Assembly (NCBI GenBank): GCA_001599295.1
Contig: BCGN01000003.1
Span: 1,922,001 to 1,986,000 of the forward strand
Direction: 5' to 3'
DNA length: 64,000 nt
Source of the DNA: Sporopachydermia quercuum
Taxonomy: Eukaryota
A program made the position numbers and the translations under genes. A model generated the notes under the pieces. The model saw only the letters and a program-made list of their open reading frames with translations, made no database searches and was not told where the DNA came from. Position 1 is the first letter of the stretch. Each line of letters starts with the position of its first letter. Below are positions 10,126 to 22,498 of the stretch, piece after piece.

Positions 10126-11931
10126 ATGCATTTACGTTGTGATCTCACGAAACTCCATAGAGCTCTCAACTCTTCATTCTACGTCACTTCAGCATTACAC
10201 GTCCGACATGAGCTGCGGCGGAGCCATGTGCATCCTTTGCGCTGCTTCAGCAATATTCGATATCCCAGAGGAACTGGAATCTGCATTACAAAATCTGGTG
10301 ATGCCAGAAATATTTCAAGCGTGCGAGAACTCTATTCAACCAGCTTACGCAGAATATCATCTACCTCATCACAAGTCAAGGAATTTTCACCTTTAAACGG
10401 ATCAGATTATGAATCAGACAGTTCTACCGAGCCAGCAATCCAATACCGGATTCCTGAGGGTGAAATCCGTTTTATTCTTGTCCCAATAGGCTATATAGCT
10501 TGTGGGAAGACAACCATTGCCAATTCCTTGCACCAACTCTTCGGCTGGCCTGTTGTTGACGACGATCCTTCGCAGAACCTCCCAGAGTACTGCATGAGCG
10601 TTGCCAGTGCTCTGATGTCCGAACCTGTTGTTTTTTGCGATAGAAGTAATCATCAGCAGAGCAATAGAATAGATCTGTACAACTGCATGGCCTCCATGCT
10701 GGAACCAGACTCGTTCAAGAGATTGAGGTTTATAGCGTTGTCTTTTGATCTTTCCGACGTTGAGACCGTAATGGATGTTGCGAAGAGACGGATTCTGTTC
10801 CACGGGGTGAACGTTGAAAGCGCGGACACTTCAGATGCATCCACAGCCTCAACAGTCTCAGTAGGAACCTCTACAGGAACTTCCGTATCTACAAAACCCT
10901 ATTACCTGAGAAAAAAAACGTATGATCTCAACACAGATTTAGCTATTGGAACTGTTAATTCAATTATNGAGAGATACGTACAAGCCTTTGAACCATATTC
11001 GTTCCTAGACAATCAGATCTTTGCAATGGTCATTGATCTCTCTTCTTCTACGTCAAACTCTTCGCTATCAAACGTCTCCCTTATCATAAACCTGATGAGA
11101 ACGTATAATCCCAGTTTGATCCCATGGGGTATTTCTGACGAGGAAATAGAAGCTGCTGTGTCTGCCTCCTTGGTCATCCCAGAGACGGCAAAGCTGGACC
11201 CGACACCTGAAGGGTTTACCCTGCTACCACCGCAGAGCCAAATCTCGGTGATAGTAGACAATGAGCTGCAGATCCCTCCCAGCTACTATTATCTGCGCAT
11301 CAACGTGTGGAAAGACGTTCTCCGATCTGAGATCTACAAGCTTTTTGACGCTCCAGAGATGCATTGCAACCCAGGAGCCAGAGAGGCCTTTGATACCATG
11401 TCTATGACCCAAGGCGACTTTGAATCTAAGCTTTTGGACGTGAATTCTGCTTGGAAGAAGCCAGACGCCTGGCTGTATTTACGGAAACAGGAAAGGAGAT
11501 CCTTTGTTGACTACTACGTTACGCGAGAGCACCTGGCCAGCAAACTGGCTGTGACCCTGGCCGCTCCGCGGTCTCTTCGGGGCGAACTGGAAGTATGTAG
11601 AGTGTCAGCAATGCTCCAAAGTGTTATCTGGAACGAGAGAGTTGCCATCGTGACGATTGGAATTAGAACTCCTCAGCGAACACTGCGGATTCGTGATAAG
11701 CGGATCTTTTTCGTCTTTGGTCATAAATCCAGTGTGAAGGATCCATACCGAGAGGGAGAAGCTCTTCTGGAAAGGTGGAATGGAATGAAACGACAAGGCC
11801 GAGGGCGGACAGGAACGTTTTTGTATGAAACGGAGGAAAAGGAGGAAAGTGAGATTAGTTGTATGGAATGGAGGCAAGAGAAGCCAGTTCTGTTGGATGA
11901 TTTGAAGGTGTTTAGTAAGCCTATGGTTTAG
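10126..11931 (+). CDS. Trl1 (fungal tRNA ligase)-derived polynucleotide-kinase-like + degenerate CPD-like protein lacking the ligase domain
   Basis: 601-aa ORF; FILVPIGYIACGKTTIANSLHQLFGW..DDD and VFCDRSNHQQSNR resemble the Trl1 kinase module; downstream part is positioned like the CPD module; no KxNG ligase motif; Arg/Ser/Leu-rich N-terminus. Confidence 0.7.
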   Translation: MHLRCDLTKLHRALNSSFYVTSALHVRHELRRSHVHPLRCFSNIRYPRGTGICITKSGDARNISSVRELYSTSLRRISSTSSQVKEFSPLNGSDYESDSSTEPAIQYRIPEGEIRFILVPIGYIACGKTTIANSLHQLFGWPVVDDDPSQNLPEYCMSVASALMSEPVVFCDRSNHQQSNRIDLYNCMASMLEPDSFKRLRFIALSFDLSDVETVMDVAKRRILFHGVNVESADTSDASTASTVSVGTSTGTSVSTKPYYLRKKTYDLNTDLAIGTVNSIXERYVQAFEPYSFLDNQIFAMVIDLSSSTSNSSLSNVSLIINLMRTYNPSLIPWGISDEEIEAAVSASLVIPETAKLDPTPEGFTLLPPQSQISVIVDNELQIPPSYYYLRINVWKDVLRSEIYKLFDAPEMHCNPGAREAFDTMSMTQGDFESKLLDVNSAWKKPDAWLYLRKQERRSFVDYYVTREHLASKLAVTLAAPRSLRGELEVCRVSAMLQSVIWNERVAIVTIGIRTPQRTLRIRDKRIFFVFGHKSSVKDPYREGEALLERWNGMKRQGRGRTGTFLYETEEKEESEISCMEWRQEKPVLLDDLKVFSKPMV

Positions 11932-13692
11932 CTTGTATATAGATGGGAGGCGAGCANAATGAAAAGAATAGAAAAGGAGACAAAGGNGATAAAAGAATAG
12001 AATAGAATAATACCAATTGTAGATTGACTACACGCTGAATTTAAACATGAAATGTGAACTCCCCAGGCTCAACCTTATCACACGGTTCAGCACCAGCAGT
12101 AACTACGTCAAATGATTATCCCTTATGAAAAAGGTAAAGTAATACTAATAACATAATGATAGTATAATAATAACATATTAATAACATAACAATTACATGG
12201 TAGTCGCAACCGCACAACAACAACANCATCATCATCATTATACTGCCAATTAAATACATCAACTTACAAGTATCAAGTTCAAACTATTAGGGTGAGCTTC
12301 CGGCGTTTTCTCTCAAATTGAACAACTGGATTCTTATACCTACTCTGGGTTTAAAGAGTCCGTTCTATATTCATGCTATTGTTTATATAAATATTATTAA
12401 TCCTTTAACAGGTATTTCATGTAATGGAATCAAATATGTTGTATACTCTCCGTCCTATAGATAACCCACTTGCTATTAGCCTCTGCACTTCGGGCTCTGC
12501 TCTGTGAAGAGTATTAGCTACATATGCATGTTTCTAATTATGATTGACTAGAGAATAACTATGATTCTTCGATTCTTAGGTGCAACTTATCGTAATATAG
12601 AATATTTTGTAACTAAGAAAATATTATACAATATAGTATAAATCTGTATAAGTATGATTTCTTGTCAATTCGCTATTCATAATTCTTCACTCACAATCCA
12701 CAATTCAGTCATTTAATCTCAATTGATAGAAAAATTAGCGCTANTCTTTTTCGCTCATGTTCTCTTTCTTTCCTGCGCTTGATGATTATAGATTGAATCC
12801 TTATCACCAGATCTTCCGTATTATTCGACATAAATCAATAAAACTTCAACTATAACCTCATGTCTAATAAGTTGAGAGATGTAATCCCATTTTATGAGAA
12901 GCCTGGAGAATGCATCATCAACACACNTTTCTCTTCATTAATAGAGCCACTAATACACATCTANCTATTATATTTTTATTGCAGATTCGATGAGGTATTG
13001 TTTTCAATGANAGTATTGCAATTCTTGAGTTCTGCCGAAGACAATAAGGATACTTTATCCGAATCATTACAAGAGTTGGATGAACTTCATTAGAAGCATG
13101 GAATTCGAGCTTATTCAATGAAAATACTTATTTCATAAAAAAGCTATTCAGACGAACGTAATATCATGATTTATTATAATGTAGTCGAACATCTCAACTT
13201 TCTGTGTGCTTGTGTTTGCATCGTATTGTATTGTACTGTATTGTCATTCTCACAAGAATCAACAACTCCTTTACCTCCTTCTAAAGGTATGATTTGACTA
13301 ATTAAACGGATTGGATTATAGTATGATTTTACTATGATTTTACTATACAAAAATAGGATAAATAATAAGTACTTTCAATATATTCTTGGTAGGGTGGTGC
13401 GTCACATTCCAAAGAATCAGAACCTAGTAGAGGAAAATGGTTGAGTTGTTGGGAATTGCTCTTTGCTCGTGTATCGGAAGAAACCATGCTTTCGATTGAA
13501 CCTGTTGCCTTGCTCGTTCATGTCAGAGAGCACTTAACTTGATAGTAATATCAAAGTGATATGTAATGCTCACTTGTATCAAGAAGGGAATTCTGTCTTG
13601 GTGCTTCTACGTAAAGTAATAGTAAAAGTAAAAGTTAAAGTAAAAAGTAATAGTATAGTACAGTAGTAACAAATAGAAAACATCTCTCGTAA

Positions 13693-13737
13693 ATCACCAG
13701 GACTAATATCATCAGGACTAATATCACCAGGACAAAT
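13693..13737. repeat. Tandem 15-nt repeat x3 just downstream of RAS
   Basis: atcaccaggactaat atcatcaggactaat atcaccaggacaaat. Confidence 0.8.
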
Positions 13738-13764
13738 TCTCTGCATTCAAAATAATTAATCTTA

Positions 13765-14976
13765 TTACATAATTGTACAGCATCCACCACCAGATTGTTT
13801 TGTTGGCTCAGTTTTATTAACAGCAGTTCTTCCTGAACTTGCGGTTGCTTTATTTCCTGCATTACTGGCTTTTCCACTAGTTGCACTCTTATCACCATCA
13901 GCGACATTCTGCCCTGCTTTACCACCGTTTTCACCAACAGCATCCTCAGCAGCGGGTGCTTCAGCAGGAGGGTTCTCATATACTCTGATTTGTCTCACCA
14001 ATCCATAGAAAGCTTCTTCAACATTGATTCTCTGCTTAGCAGAAGTCTCCAAAAAAGGGCAGTTGTACTGCCTGGCTAATTCCTGGCCTTCTGAAATAGA
14101 CACTTGACGTTCCTTCTCTAAATCGGATTTATTTCCTACTAAGACAACAGGAAAGTAATCTACATCTTTTACTCTGAGAATCTGTTGTCTAAAAGTTGCA
14201 ATCTCTTCAAAACTGCTTCTTGAATCAATGGCATAAACGAGAATGAATCCTTCGCCTGTTCTCATGTATTGTTCTCTCATAGCAGAATATTCTTCTTGGC
14301 CGGCAGTATCCAAGACGTCTAGAATGCAAGTTTCATCATCGATTTCGCACTGTTTTCTGTACGAGTCTTCAATTGTAGGGTCGTATTCATCAACAAAGTG
14401 TGATTGAATCAGTTGGATGGTCAGTGCTGATTTTCCAACACCACCACCGCCAACAACGACAAGTTTATAATCTCTGGGCTATAAAAGAGATACTGTTAGT
14501 ATTGATACGGGAACATTAAACAGAAACTTCAAAGAAGCATTTGTTGCAGAGATTGATGATTGTTACCTGTAAAAATGTTCATATAAGTGCTGTTGATAGA
14601 TATAGTGTTCGAGATATTTACTGATAGCCTGAACAAATAGTTTGATTTGATATGTAGAACATGAAGTATGATATCACAACTGTACTGTGACAACTACAAC
14701 NATCACAACAACCACAACATCAACAGCAATCCATCAGAAAATGAAATAAGTGTAATAATACATTCTCAAAATATCAACGTATAAAGCCCTTTTTCCCACT
14801 TGCATCTTTGTATTTTTTATTCTCCTATTCCACTCCTAAACACNTTGCGCGTTTGATCACCACTCGTCCCATCTCATTCAAGCAGCAAACACAACACAGA
14901 TCTTCCACATAGTTCATTAATCAGAATCACCTTTCTCCATTCTCACTTAGCAATCTCTCACACATACCTTTCCCAT
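13765..14976 (-). CDS. RAS1: Ras small GTPase, 2 exons: 14976-14968 (9 coding nt, MGK), 14478-13765
   Basis: Spliced [32 protein letters not shown] effector loop, [18 protein letters not shown]-terminal CCTIM CAAX. Intron 14479-14967 GTATGT...TACTAAC...TAG. Confidence 0.93.
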
Positions 14977-15570
14977 TCTTGCTCACAATCAATTGTAGCC
15001 AAGCTGTCAACCAAATTGAAGAACAACCACCAAGCAATCAATCGCAACTATACTCCTGAAGCAACCAGCAATACGCTATACACTCAAGCAACACCACCAG
15101 AGGCAGAGGTCAACCAATACACACAACAAACTCAAGAAAAGTTACTACTGCGTTTATTCAACATCAGCAAAGAATCCAGTATTCAATCGATTTCCCAGCT
15201 GCTTCTTACCTCCTTTTCTTCTATTCTCCTGAATCATGTAACAACTTTTGTATCGAACTTTACNTCTATCGAAGGAAGGAGAAGTACAATATCTGCCTGT
15301 TTTGCTTCTCAGAGACCCAACTGTGGAAGCAATAGGGTGTTTCAATATGTCCATGTGTCTTCGAGGCTGGTAATGCATAGAACATGCATGAATGACGCAA
15401 CAGGTTGGGACACTAAGCAGTGGAGAGCGTCTGAAAAGGGAAACTGGCAGTGCACAGAGCGACCATGAAAGTTGGGAGATTAAACTTTCTGGCACAGAAG
15501 GAACGCGGTGAGTTTGTGAAGGGACTGATGCACAAGGTCTTTGTGGGGCGAAGCGAGATGAGGCTGACCA

Positions 15571-15620
15571 TGAAGTTGAAGTTGAAGTTGAAGTTGAAGT
15601 TGAAGTTGAAGTTGAAGTTG
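15571..15620. repeat. (TGAAGT)8 microsatellite
   Basis: Eight perfect hexamer copies. Confidence 0.95.
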
Positions 15621-17075
15621 AGGTTGATTTATAGTGGATTATGTCGATAGTTGGAAACTGGTATTGAACAATTGGACAAGATAATGGAACATTTGCGAAC
15701 GCTATCAGTTGGGTTGAACTGAGCTAATAGGGGAATCATGGAGGTACATGTAATGAATGACTAGAAGAGCCGTTTTAGATGGTCCCTGAATAGCAAGACC
15801 AGTAAGGACCAAGGAACGAGACGAAATGGAAGGAAAATAGATAGAATCTAAAGGTAACGGTTGGCATCGCAGCATCTTGAGGTGCACTGGCCTTCTGTTC
15901 TATAGTGTTGTTCTTCGTAGGAGAACCGGTGCCCAGTCATCGAATTGATGCTGTTTATATTGCCATCTGAGGTCAATCACTTCACCACTGAATAAACTGA
16001 TATTTCATACATTAATTGCAGTATGGTAAACCAAACCTGCTGAAAAGCTATCAAATTCCATAAGAAGGATTCCAATTATGTGTATGTACCAAGTAAGAGG
16101 AACCTTGGTGGGAGATTAGTAAAATTGGGCCCCTACGTTTATGTAAGGAAGAAGTTGTAACACAAGAACGCTGCATTAGTTCACCATTCGTTCATTTCAT
16201 CCTTTACTGTGTCTACACGCTTCTATCTTTGCTTATTTCCTCCTTGAATCAGCGTCCTCTAGTGTTTTTTCTTCTTTCTGTTGGTCCTCGTTCAATTTCT
16301 TCACTTTTCTCAATCACAACATTGCTAACAGTCAGAAAATAATCCCCAACTGAATCTCTGTCCATCAGAGCTTATATCCTCGTGGAATCATACTGAAACA
16401 TATTCAATTCACATTCACATTCACATTTGCATTTACATCTATATTTACAGTATAATTGTTATCTCTATTAATTCTCTATTATCCATTATAGACATTATTT
16501 ACAAATACAAGATAATNCATTTGTCTGGACGCCCATGATAACGTAAAACATTACGATACAATTAAGTGTTTGATAGTTTGCTAGTTTGCTAGTGGAGTCT
16601 CCCTTATAAAATAATTAACATTAGCCAAATTCCAGATCAACCATATCAAAAGTCTGTAATGCCGTATAATGTCCTATATAAAGATAGGTTCCATAGCAAT
16701 TCAAGAAATGTCTTAAAATACATATTTCAATTAATAGACGACTTCCATTCATTCTGAACTCGTAGGCTATCAATTGTTGATCATATATCGGGCTATTGTT
16801 TAACATCAAACTGCCCATTAACATAACAATCCAGTTTTCCCATTGTCCATATATCTAAACCCTTAAATTTTATCTGTAATCAGGACCCATTCTATGAATG
16901 GCTAGTATTTACTAGCATGCGCGATAAAATAAATGATAGCATACTTGATTTTATCAAATATTCTCTTCTCTTTCTTTCCTCTTTCTTCATTCTTTCAGCA
17001 TTTGGTTATCATCACAGCTTATGCTCTTCACATTTCCATTTTCTAAAGCATCACTGCGTACTTTCCTTCCTTCCT

Positions 17076-19013
17076 TCAAACTGGAACAGGAAGGAACATT
17101 CTTCTAATAAAAGAAGCAATTCCCTTCCCCTGCAATCTCTGAATCGCCAGGCTTCCGTCCTCAACTGCTTCGTGGCTCTTTCTCTTCAGTTCCAGCTCAC
17201 GGGCTTCCTCCGCAATCAGCTTTCTCACCGTGGCTTCTCGCAACAGCAATAGCATCCCACAGGATACCATGAAGACGCATCCCACGTACAACTGGGGCCC
17301 TATAAATATATTCTGGTGCACCAAAGGCTTCTCCGGATTGGGGTCCTTCTTTATGACTAAAGCAACCACTTCAGAGAACAACGAGGGCACTCCCAAAGCT
17401 ATACACGCCAGCGAAAACGCACTGGGAAGTTTCTTCAGGCCTGAAAGATCTGCTGTCATAGCAGCAAAGGTAACCCAGATGGCCCCCATAGATAAACCTA
17501 CGACAGCCGCAAAGCCAATGACGCCAGCGTAGGTTTTCACCTGGGTCCATACCACAAGGCAGAAAAGACCAGTGAAGAAATTCAGGAGGCAGGTNAGACT
17601 GACTCTGCCAAACTTATCAGCCAGAAATCCAATAAAAGGCCGCGCGACAGACTGGGATGCGTTGATTACTGACACCGCAACGGCTCCTTTATGTGCCGTG
17701 AGTCCCAGGCCTTGCGTGGCATACGCACTCAGGGAATACAACAGGATCACGAACCCGGACTGCGAGAAGAAAATTACAGCATACAGTATTAGCAAAGGAT
17801 GGTTTTTCATGAGGGAATAGTCCCATAGTTTGATATCAGGCTTTATGATGTCGTTCCTGCTCCGGATAAGCAGGATCGCTATCACGCTGAGCACACAGTT
17901 GACGACCGCCATTACTCTGTAAGCCCATTGGACGGAAATGCTCTGGATCAACGCCTGGCTGATCCAGGAGAAAACTATGCCCCCAATGCCAGTCCCAGCG
18001 GCGGCGATCCCGTTGGCGATGGCCCTCCGGGTGAAAAACCATTGGGGAATAATCATGGTGCTGGGGATGAAAGTGAAGCCAATGCCAATGCCTACTGTGA
18101 GCCCTTGCGCTAGGTACAACTGCCAGATTCTCTTACTGAAGCTGGCAGCAATATAGCCACCAACCTGCAGCACCAGGCCTAAACTGAGAGTGGGCTTGAT
18201 GCCCAGGACACCTACGGTTAGAGAGACAAAAGGAGCTATCACGCAGCTGATGCCAATGACTAATCCGCCAATGAGAGCGAAATCCACTGTTGATGCATCC
18301 GGGTACTCCTTGTTACTGAGAAAATAGCTGAGATACACAGCAAAGGCCGAATTGGAGCCCCAGGCAGTGAAATTGAGCGTCATGGCGCATCCAACGCACA
18401 CCCAGCCGTAGCCTCCATCAGGAATGCTGCTGGCGTTGATGGTGGAAGTATTGGTTTCCAGTTTCTGAAGTCTCTGCATTTTTGAGTCCTGCGATAGGGC
18501 ACTTGACGGCCTCCTAGAAGCAGAATTAGGATGCTGAAGGCCTATGGGACCATCAGTAAACTCATTTTTCCTTTCAGGATACCCATTGTAGTAATAGTAG
18601 GTGTCCTCTGGTTCGTATTGTTTCTCGTACTGATTGACAGTGTTAATTCTAGAAATGGTGATAGGATCCAAGTCGTTGGAAAGAAATAGGTTATTATTAT
18701 TGTTGCTAGCCCTACTTTTGATCTTGGTTAGAAGACTCATACTGTCAGTTCCAGCGCCGGTTATTATTGGAATTTTGATAGAGCTGCTATTAGGATGAGA
18801 ATGAGGACTGGAGATAAAACTAGGGGAATTGCCGATGGTCTGCCTGCCATTGCTGTTTANTAGCTGTACAGGAATTTGCTCTTCGTTTAATTCATCTGAT
18901 GAATCAAAAGCGTTATCGAATGATATATCGGAAGAGGCCACAGAAGTGGCCACCGGAGAGATCACCGAAGATGTTTCGTTATTGCCGTTTGATGGGGGAG
19001 TTATCACGGTCAT
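17076..19013 (-). CDS. MFS monocarboxylate-porter family (MCH/ESBP6-like) transporter, paralog 1
   Basis: PDGGYGWVCV signature, IPQWFFTRRAIANGIAAAGTGIGG, GFLADKFGRV, about 12 hydrophobic segments; long Ser/Asn-rich N-terminus. Confidence 0.92.
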   Translation of the reverse strand: MTVITPPSNGNNETSSVISPVATSVASSDISFDNAFDSSDELNEEQIPVQLXNSNGRQTIGNSPSFISSPHSHPNSSSIKIPIITGAGTDSMSLLTKIKSRASNNNNNLFLSNDLDPITISRINTVNQYEKQYEPEDTYYYYNGYPERKNEFTDGPIGLQHPNSASRRPSSALSQDSKMQRLQKLETNTSTINASSIPDGGYGWVCVGCAMTLNFTAWGSNSAFAVYLSYFLSNKEYPDASTVDFALIGGLVIGISCVIAPFVSLTVGVLGIKPTLSLGLVLQVGGYIAASFSKRIWQLYLAQGLTVGIGIGFTFIPSTMIIPQWFFTRRAIANGIAAAGTGIGGIVFSWISQALIQSISVQWAYRVMAVVNCVLSVIAILLIRSRNDIIKPDIKLWDYSLMKNHPLLILYAVIFFSQSGFVILLYSLSAYATQGLGLTAHKGAVAVSVINASQSVARPFIGFLADKFGRVSXTCLLNFFTGLFCLVVWTQVKTYAGVIGFAAVVGLSMGAIWVTFAAMTADLSGLKKLPSAFSLACIALGVPSLFSEVVALVIKKDPNPEKPLVHQNIFIGPQLYVGCVFMVSCGMLLLLREATVRKLIAEEARELELKRKSHEAVEDGSLAIQRLQGKGIASFIRRMFLPVPV

Positions 19014-19812
19014 TGTATAGATCTAAGGTGCGAATAGCGTAGAATTGTGCGTAAAATGTAGAATCTAGCTAATANTGGGGCTCTAATGGTGCTCACTGAT
19101 CTAGTTGTATGCAATTCTTTCTTAATGTGACGTTTGATGTGGTCTTTTCACCTCTATTTTCATTCATATCTGTAAAACTTGTCTAATAGTATTCATACTA
19201 GCTTGATAACAAGAAACCATACAAGCAATAGGTACAAATGTAGTTATATTATGAGGATGAGCATGAATTAAAGCATAAACATAAAAATAACGGCAGAAAT
19301 AGCAACCGTAAATTATCACTACAATGAATAGTACAACTGTTTCCCCAGTTTCTGGTTCCTGTACCTCTTAACAACTGAACAGATAGTAGCAGTTACAGTA
19401 GAATAATTACAGTATATCTTCAATTCACCAAATCAGGTCAAAATGTCGTTCTTGTTTCCTTTTTATCCTTCATTTATATATTTTTTAGTAAATATTTCTG
19501 TAAATATTCTGATAAATATTTTAATGAATCCTTTAATAAATGCCATATGTTTCTTTATGTTTCTCTTGTTTCTCTTGTAGATCTTATCAACCAATCTAAC
19601 GACTGCTCCACGGTGTACCTATTAAATCAATACTCAATAATACTCTTGCAAAACAGCTGGAAACACCAGAAAGCAGCAGAAAGCACCTGAAAATATCTAC
19701 AGAAACAATAACAAAAAACAACAAACAAATCCCTATAAAATGAGTATGAAAAGGAAATGATAGCATAAAAGAAAAGCCAGTAAATTTCTTTCCACAGTTA
19801 GGATTTTTCTGT

Positions 19813-19933
19813 TTGACTCATTTGATGCGAATTGACATTTTCTCAAAACTGAACATTGTTAGCAACCATGACTCATAGTTATTCTAAATTAGGTAGTCGT
19901 AATCTTATCCATATCGGGGTATTTATGAGTCAT
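19813..19933. promoter_or_regulatory. Cluster of three Gcn4/AP-1-type sites upstream of MCH paralog 1
   Basis: TTGACTCAT 19813-19821, ATGACTCAT 19868-19876, ATGAGTCAT 19925-19933. Confidence 0.6.
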
Positions 19934-20428
19934 CATTATAGATGGAGACGAATACGGTTCGTTCGGACCATAATCAATACAAAGCCGATCTGAACGGTGT
20001 TTAATAAGTTCAATTTATTGTATCACAGATAAAAAATGAAAACAGTTTTGGATACAACTGGTTCTCAGTGGCCATCCGAAAGGCTTTATAGTCTCAACAC
20101 ATCACACACTATGACAGTGTAACGACAAGTATAATTTTTCTTACTTCAATATTATAGTTATAATACTTCTATTATTGATATTATATGTGGTAATGTGAAA
20201 AATATGCTATGCTGCCGAGGCTGTCCTTATAAAATAGACAGTTCTCATGCTTCAGCATAGGTCTCCAGAAATATGCTTGTTAATATAATGATTCAGCAAA
20301 TCAGTACTCTTTTTGCTGATTATGAAAATATCAACATAATACCAAACATCAAATTAAGGCTTGCAGGAAGAATAATCAGTAATAACAGTGTGAAAGTATA
20401 ACCAAACAACCAAAAGATGCTAACAAAA

Positions 20429-22120
20429 TCATATACTCATGATACAGAACATTCTTCTGAAGAAACAAACAACCCCTTGCTGTAATAAGGCATTTATTCC
20501 ATCCAATTCTTCCCTCAATTCCTTATTGACTTTCTCATTTGACTTCTCATCGTTCACATCTTCTAATTTAATGTCCGACGTTATTTTTATTTGAGATGAC
20601 TCATTTTTCTCACCAATATCAGCTTCCTGAAAATTCAATTTGCCAAGTATAATATCTTTCCTTTCTTCTAATATCTTATTGACTTTATGTTCCCTGGTTA
20701 ATAATAGCGATAAACTACCAACGATAAAAGCTAGACCGGCAAACAGTTGAGCATGCAAAAACACATTTGAAAGTGAACTATCACGTAATTTATAAGCAAT
20801 AAGTTGGCCGAAAGTAGTGGCAAACATACAGCATATGCAAACATATGAAAAAGCGCCTGGAAAGTCCTTCAAGCCTGCAGAATCCGCTGTTAAAGCAGCG
20901 AAACTTGACCACACTATTCCTAACACTAAACCAATAAGAATAGCAAACATCAACAAGCCAGCGAAGTTGCGAACGTTTATCCACATGCAAAGGACAAGAA
21001 CACCGTTCAGAAACGAAGCTAGAAACGTGATATTGATTCTTCCATACTTATCACAAGCAAATCCAACTAAAGGTCGTCCAACTGCTTGGGAAGCGTTTAA
21101 TATTGCTGTGATGATAGACGCTTGCTTGAACGTTAGGCCTGCAGTGTCAGTAGCAAAAGTTTGTAAGGAGAAGAGAACAATAATAAAGCCAAATAACGAT
21201 ATCACAGCCCAGCAAATGATAGTGATTAAAGCATAATTCACCAATACTGTTAATCTGAACATANTACGGTTAGGTTTTACCAGGTGATTTCTACTTCTGA
21301 TGAGAATTGTTGATGCAATGCCTAAAACAAATATGACTATGGCCATCATTCTATAGGCCCAATTGATAGAAGAGTTTCGGATAGTTNNCTGGCTTCCCAA
21401 GGCAAAAATAAGCCCACCAACACCTGTACCAGCTGAGGCAATGCCGTTAGCTAATGAACGTCTTTTGAGAAACCATTGAGGAATAATTAAAGTTGCAGGA
21501 ATGTATAAACAGCCAGCGCCAAATCCTACTAACAGTGCCTGTATTACAAACAGTTGCCACTTTTTAGTAGCGAATGATACTCCAATGTACCCGCCCGTTT
21601 CAAATGCTACACCTAATAGTAAAGTAGCATGAATACCAATAATGCTAGAGATGATATTGATTAAGGGTGCTATACCAACAGATATACCAATCGTGAGACC
21701 AAAGAGCAAACAATAGTCTGTCATAGTTGTGTCAGGATGAGTGTCATTATTCATAAAGTAGTTTAGATACACACCAAATGATGCGGCTGGACCCCATGAT
21801 ATGACATTGAGAACGAACGAGCATCCAGCGCATACCCATCCGTACCCGCCATCGGGTGGTGTCACATCAACCGGCGGTAAAGAGGCTGCCGTAGACCCCT
21901 CTGGAGATGCTGATGCGGATACCGATGGTGACGACGACAGAGCTGACAGCACTCTTGATGTTTGTCGGCTGGGGATGAAGAAAGAAGCGTTTTCTTCTAC
22001 TTCATGTTGATTTAGGTCTGGTAGATCTGTGTATGATTGTATAGGGCTCTGTAGGAAATGTATAAGGGAGGATTCTGATTTATTTGAACGGTGAGAGGAT
22101 GTTCTTGAAAGATCATTCAT
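20429..22120 (-). CDS. MFS monocarboxylate-porter family (MCH/ESBP6-like) transporter, paralog 2
   Basis: PPDGGYGWVCA, IPQWFLKRRSLANGIASAGTGVGG, GFACDKYGRIN; collinear with paralog 1 up to the C-terminal RRMF. Confidence 0.92.
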   Translation of the reverse strand: MNDLSRTSSHRSNKSESSLIHFLQSPIQSYTDLPDLNQHEVEENASFFIPSRQTSRVLSALSSSPSVSASASPEGSTAASLPPVDVTPPDGGYGWVCAGCSFVLNVISWGPAASFGVYLNYFMNNDTHPDTTMTDYCLLFGLTIGISVGIAPLINIISSIIGIHATLLLGVAFETGGYIGVSFATKKWQLFVIQALLVGFGAGCLYIPATLIIPQWFLKRRSLANGIASAGTGVGGLIFALGSQXTIRNSSINWAYRMMAIVIFVLGIASTILIRSRNHLVKPNRXMFRLTVLVNYALITIICWAVISLFGFIIVLFSLQTFATDTAGLTFKQASIITAILNASQAVGRPLVGFACDKYGRINITFLASFLNGVLVLCMWINVRNFAGLLMFAILIGLVLGIVWSSFAALTADSAGLKDFPGAFSYVCICCMFATTFGQLIAYKLRDSSLSNVFLHAQLFAGLAFIVGSLSLLLTREHKVNKILEERKDIILGKLNFQEADIGEKNESSQIKITSDIKLEDVNDEKSNEKVNKELREELDGINALLQQGVVCFFRRMFCIMSI

Positions 22121-22489
22121 TTTATATGGTGATTTGAATTGATATTTTTATGATATGAAGTGTAGTGAGAGTTTAGTTTGATATCTGTTTTCAGATATTG
22201 ATCTTATATTGAAGTGCTCCAGTGTTCGAATGATAAAATGTATAAGCTGCATAATAAGAAGTAGGACTTTTCTATATCCATCTATGATCCCAATGTTCTA
22301 TCTAATGTTATATAATCCTACTAATTGGCTGATAAGCAACAGTANCATTAATATTAATGCTGTCTCAACAATCAAGGATCACTGGTACTTGAAGTACTTA
22401 TATTAGAATAACAATGCAAGGTAGCAAACATGAATCTGTCGATAAAAGCACCTTTCAGTTAATTTCTATTCGCATGCAACCTCTTCCGT

Positions 22490-22498
22490 ATGACTCAT
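22490..22498. promoter_or_regulatory. Gcn4-type site upstream of MCH paralog 2
   Basis: Perfect ATGACTCAT about 370 nt upstream of the ATG; another TGACTCAT at 23221-23228. Confidence 0.45.

Noticed and set aside
15016..15650. 150-aa, 113-aa and KLKLKL ORFs upstream of RAS
   Set aside because: No homology cues; the KL repeat is the translation of the (TGAAGT)n microsatellite.
16082..16335. GTATGT...TGCTAACAG possible + strand intron
   Set aside because: No coding exons or snoRNA boxes associated; branch-acceptor spacing shorter than the validated introns.
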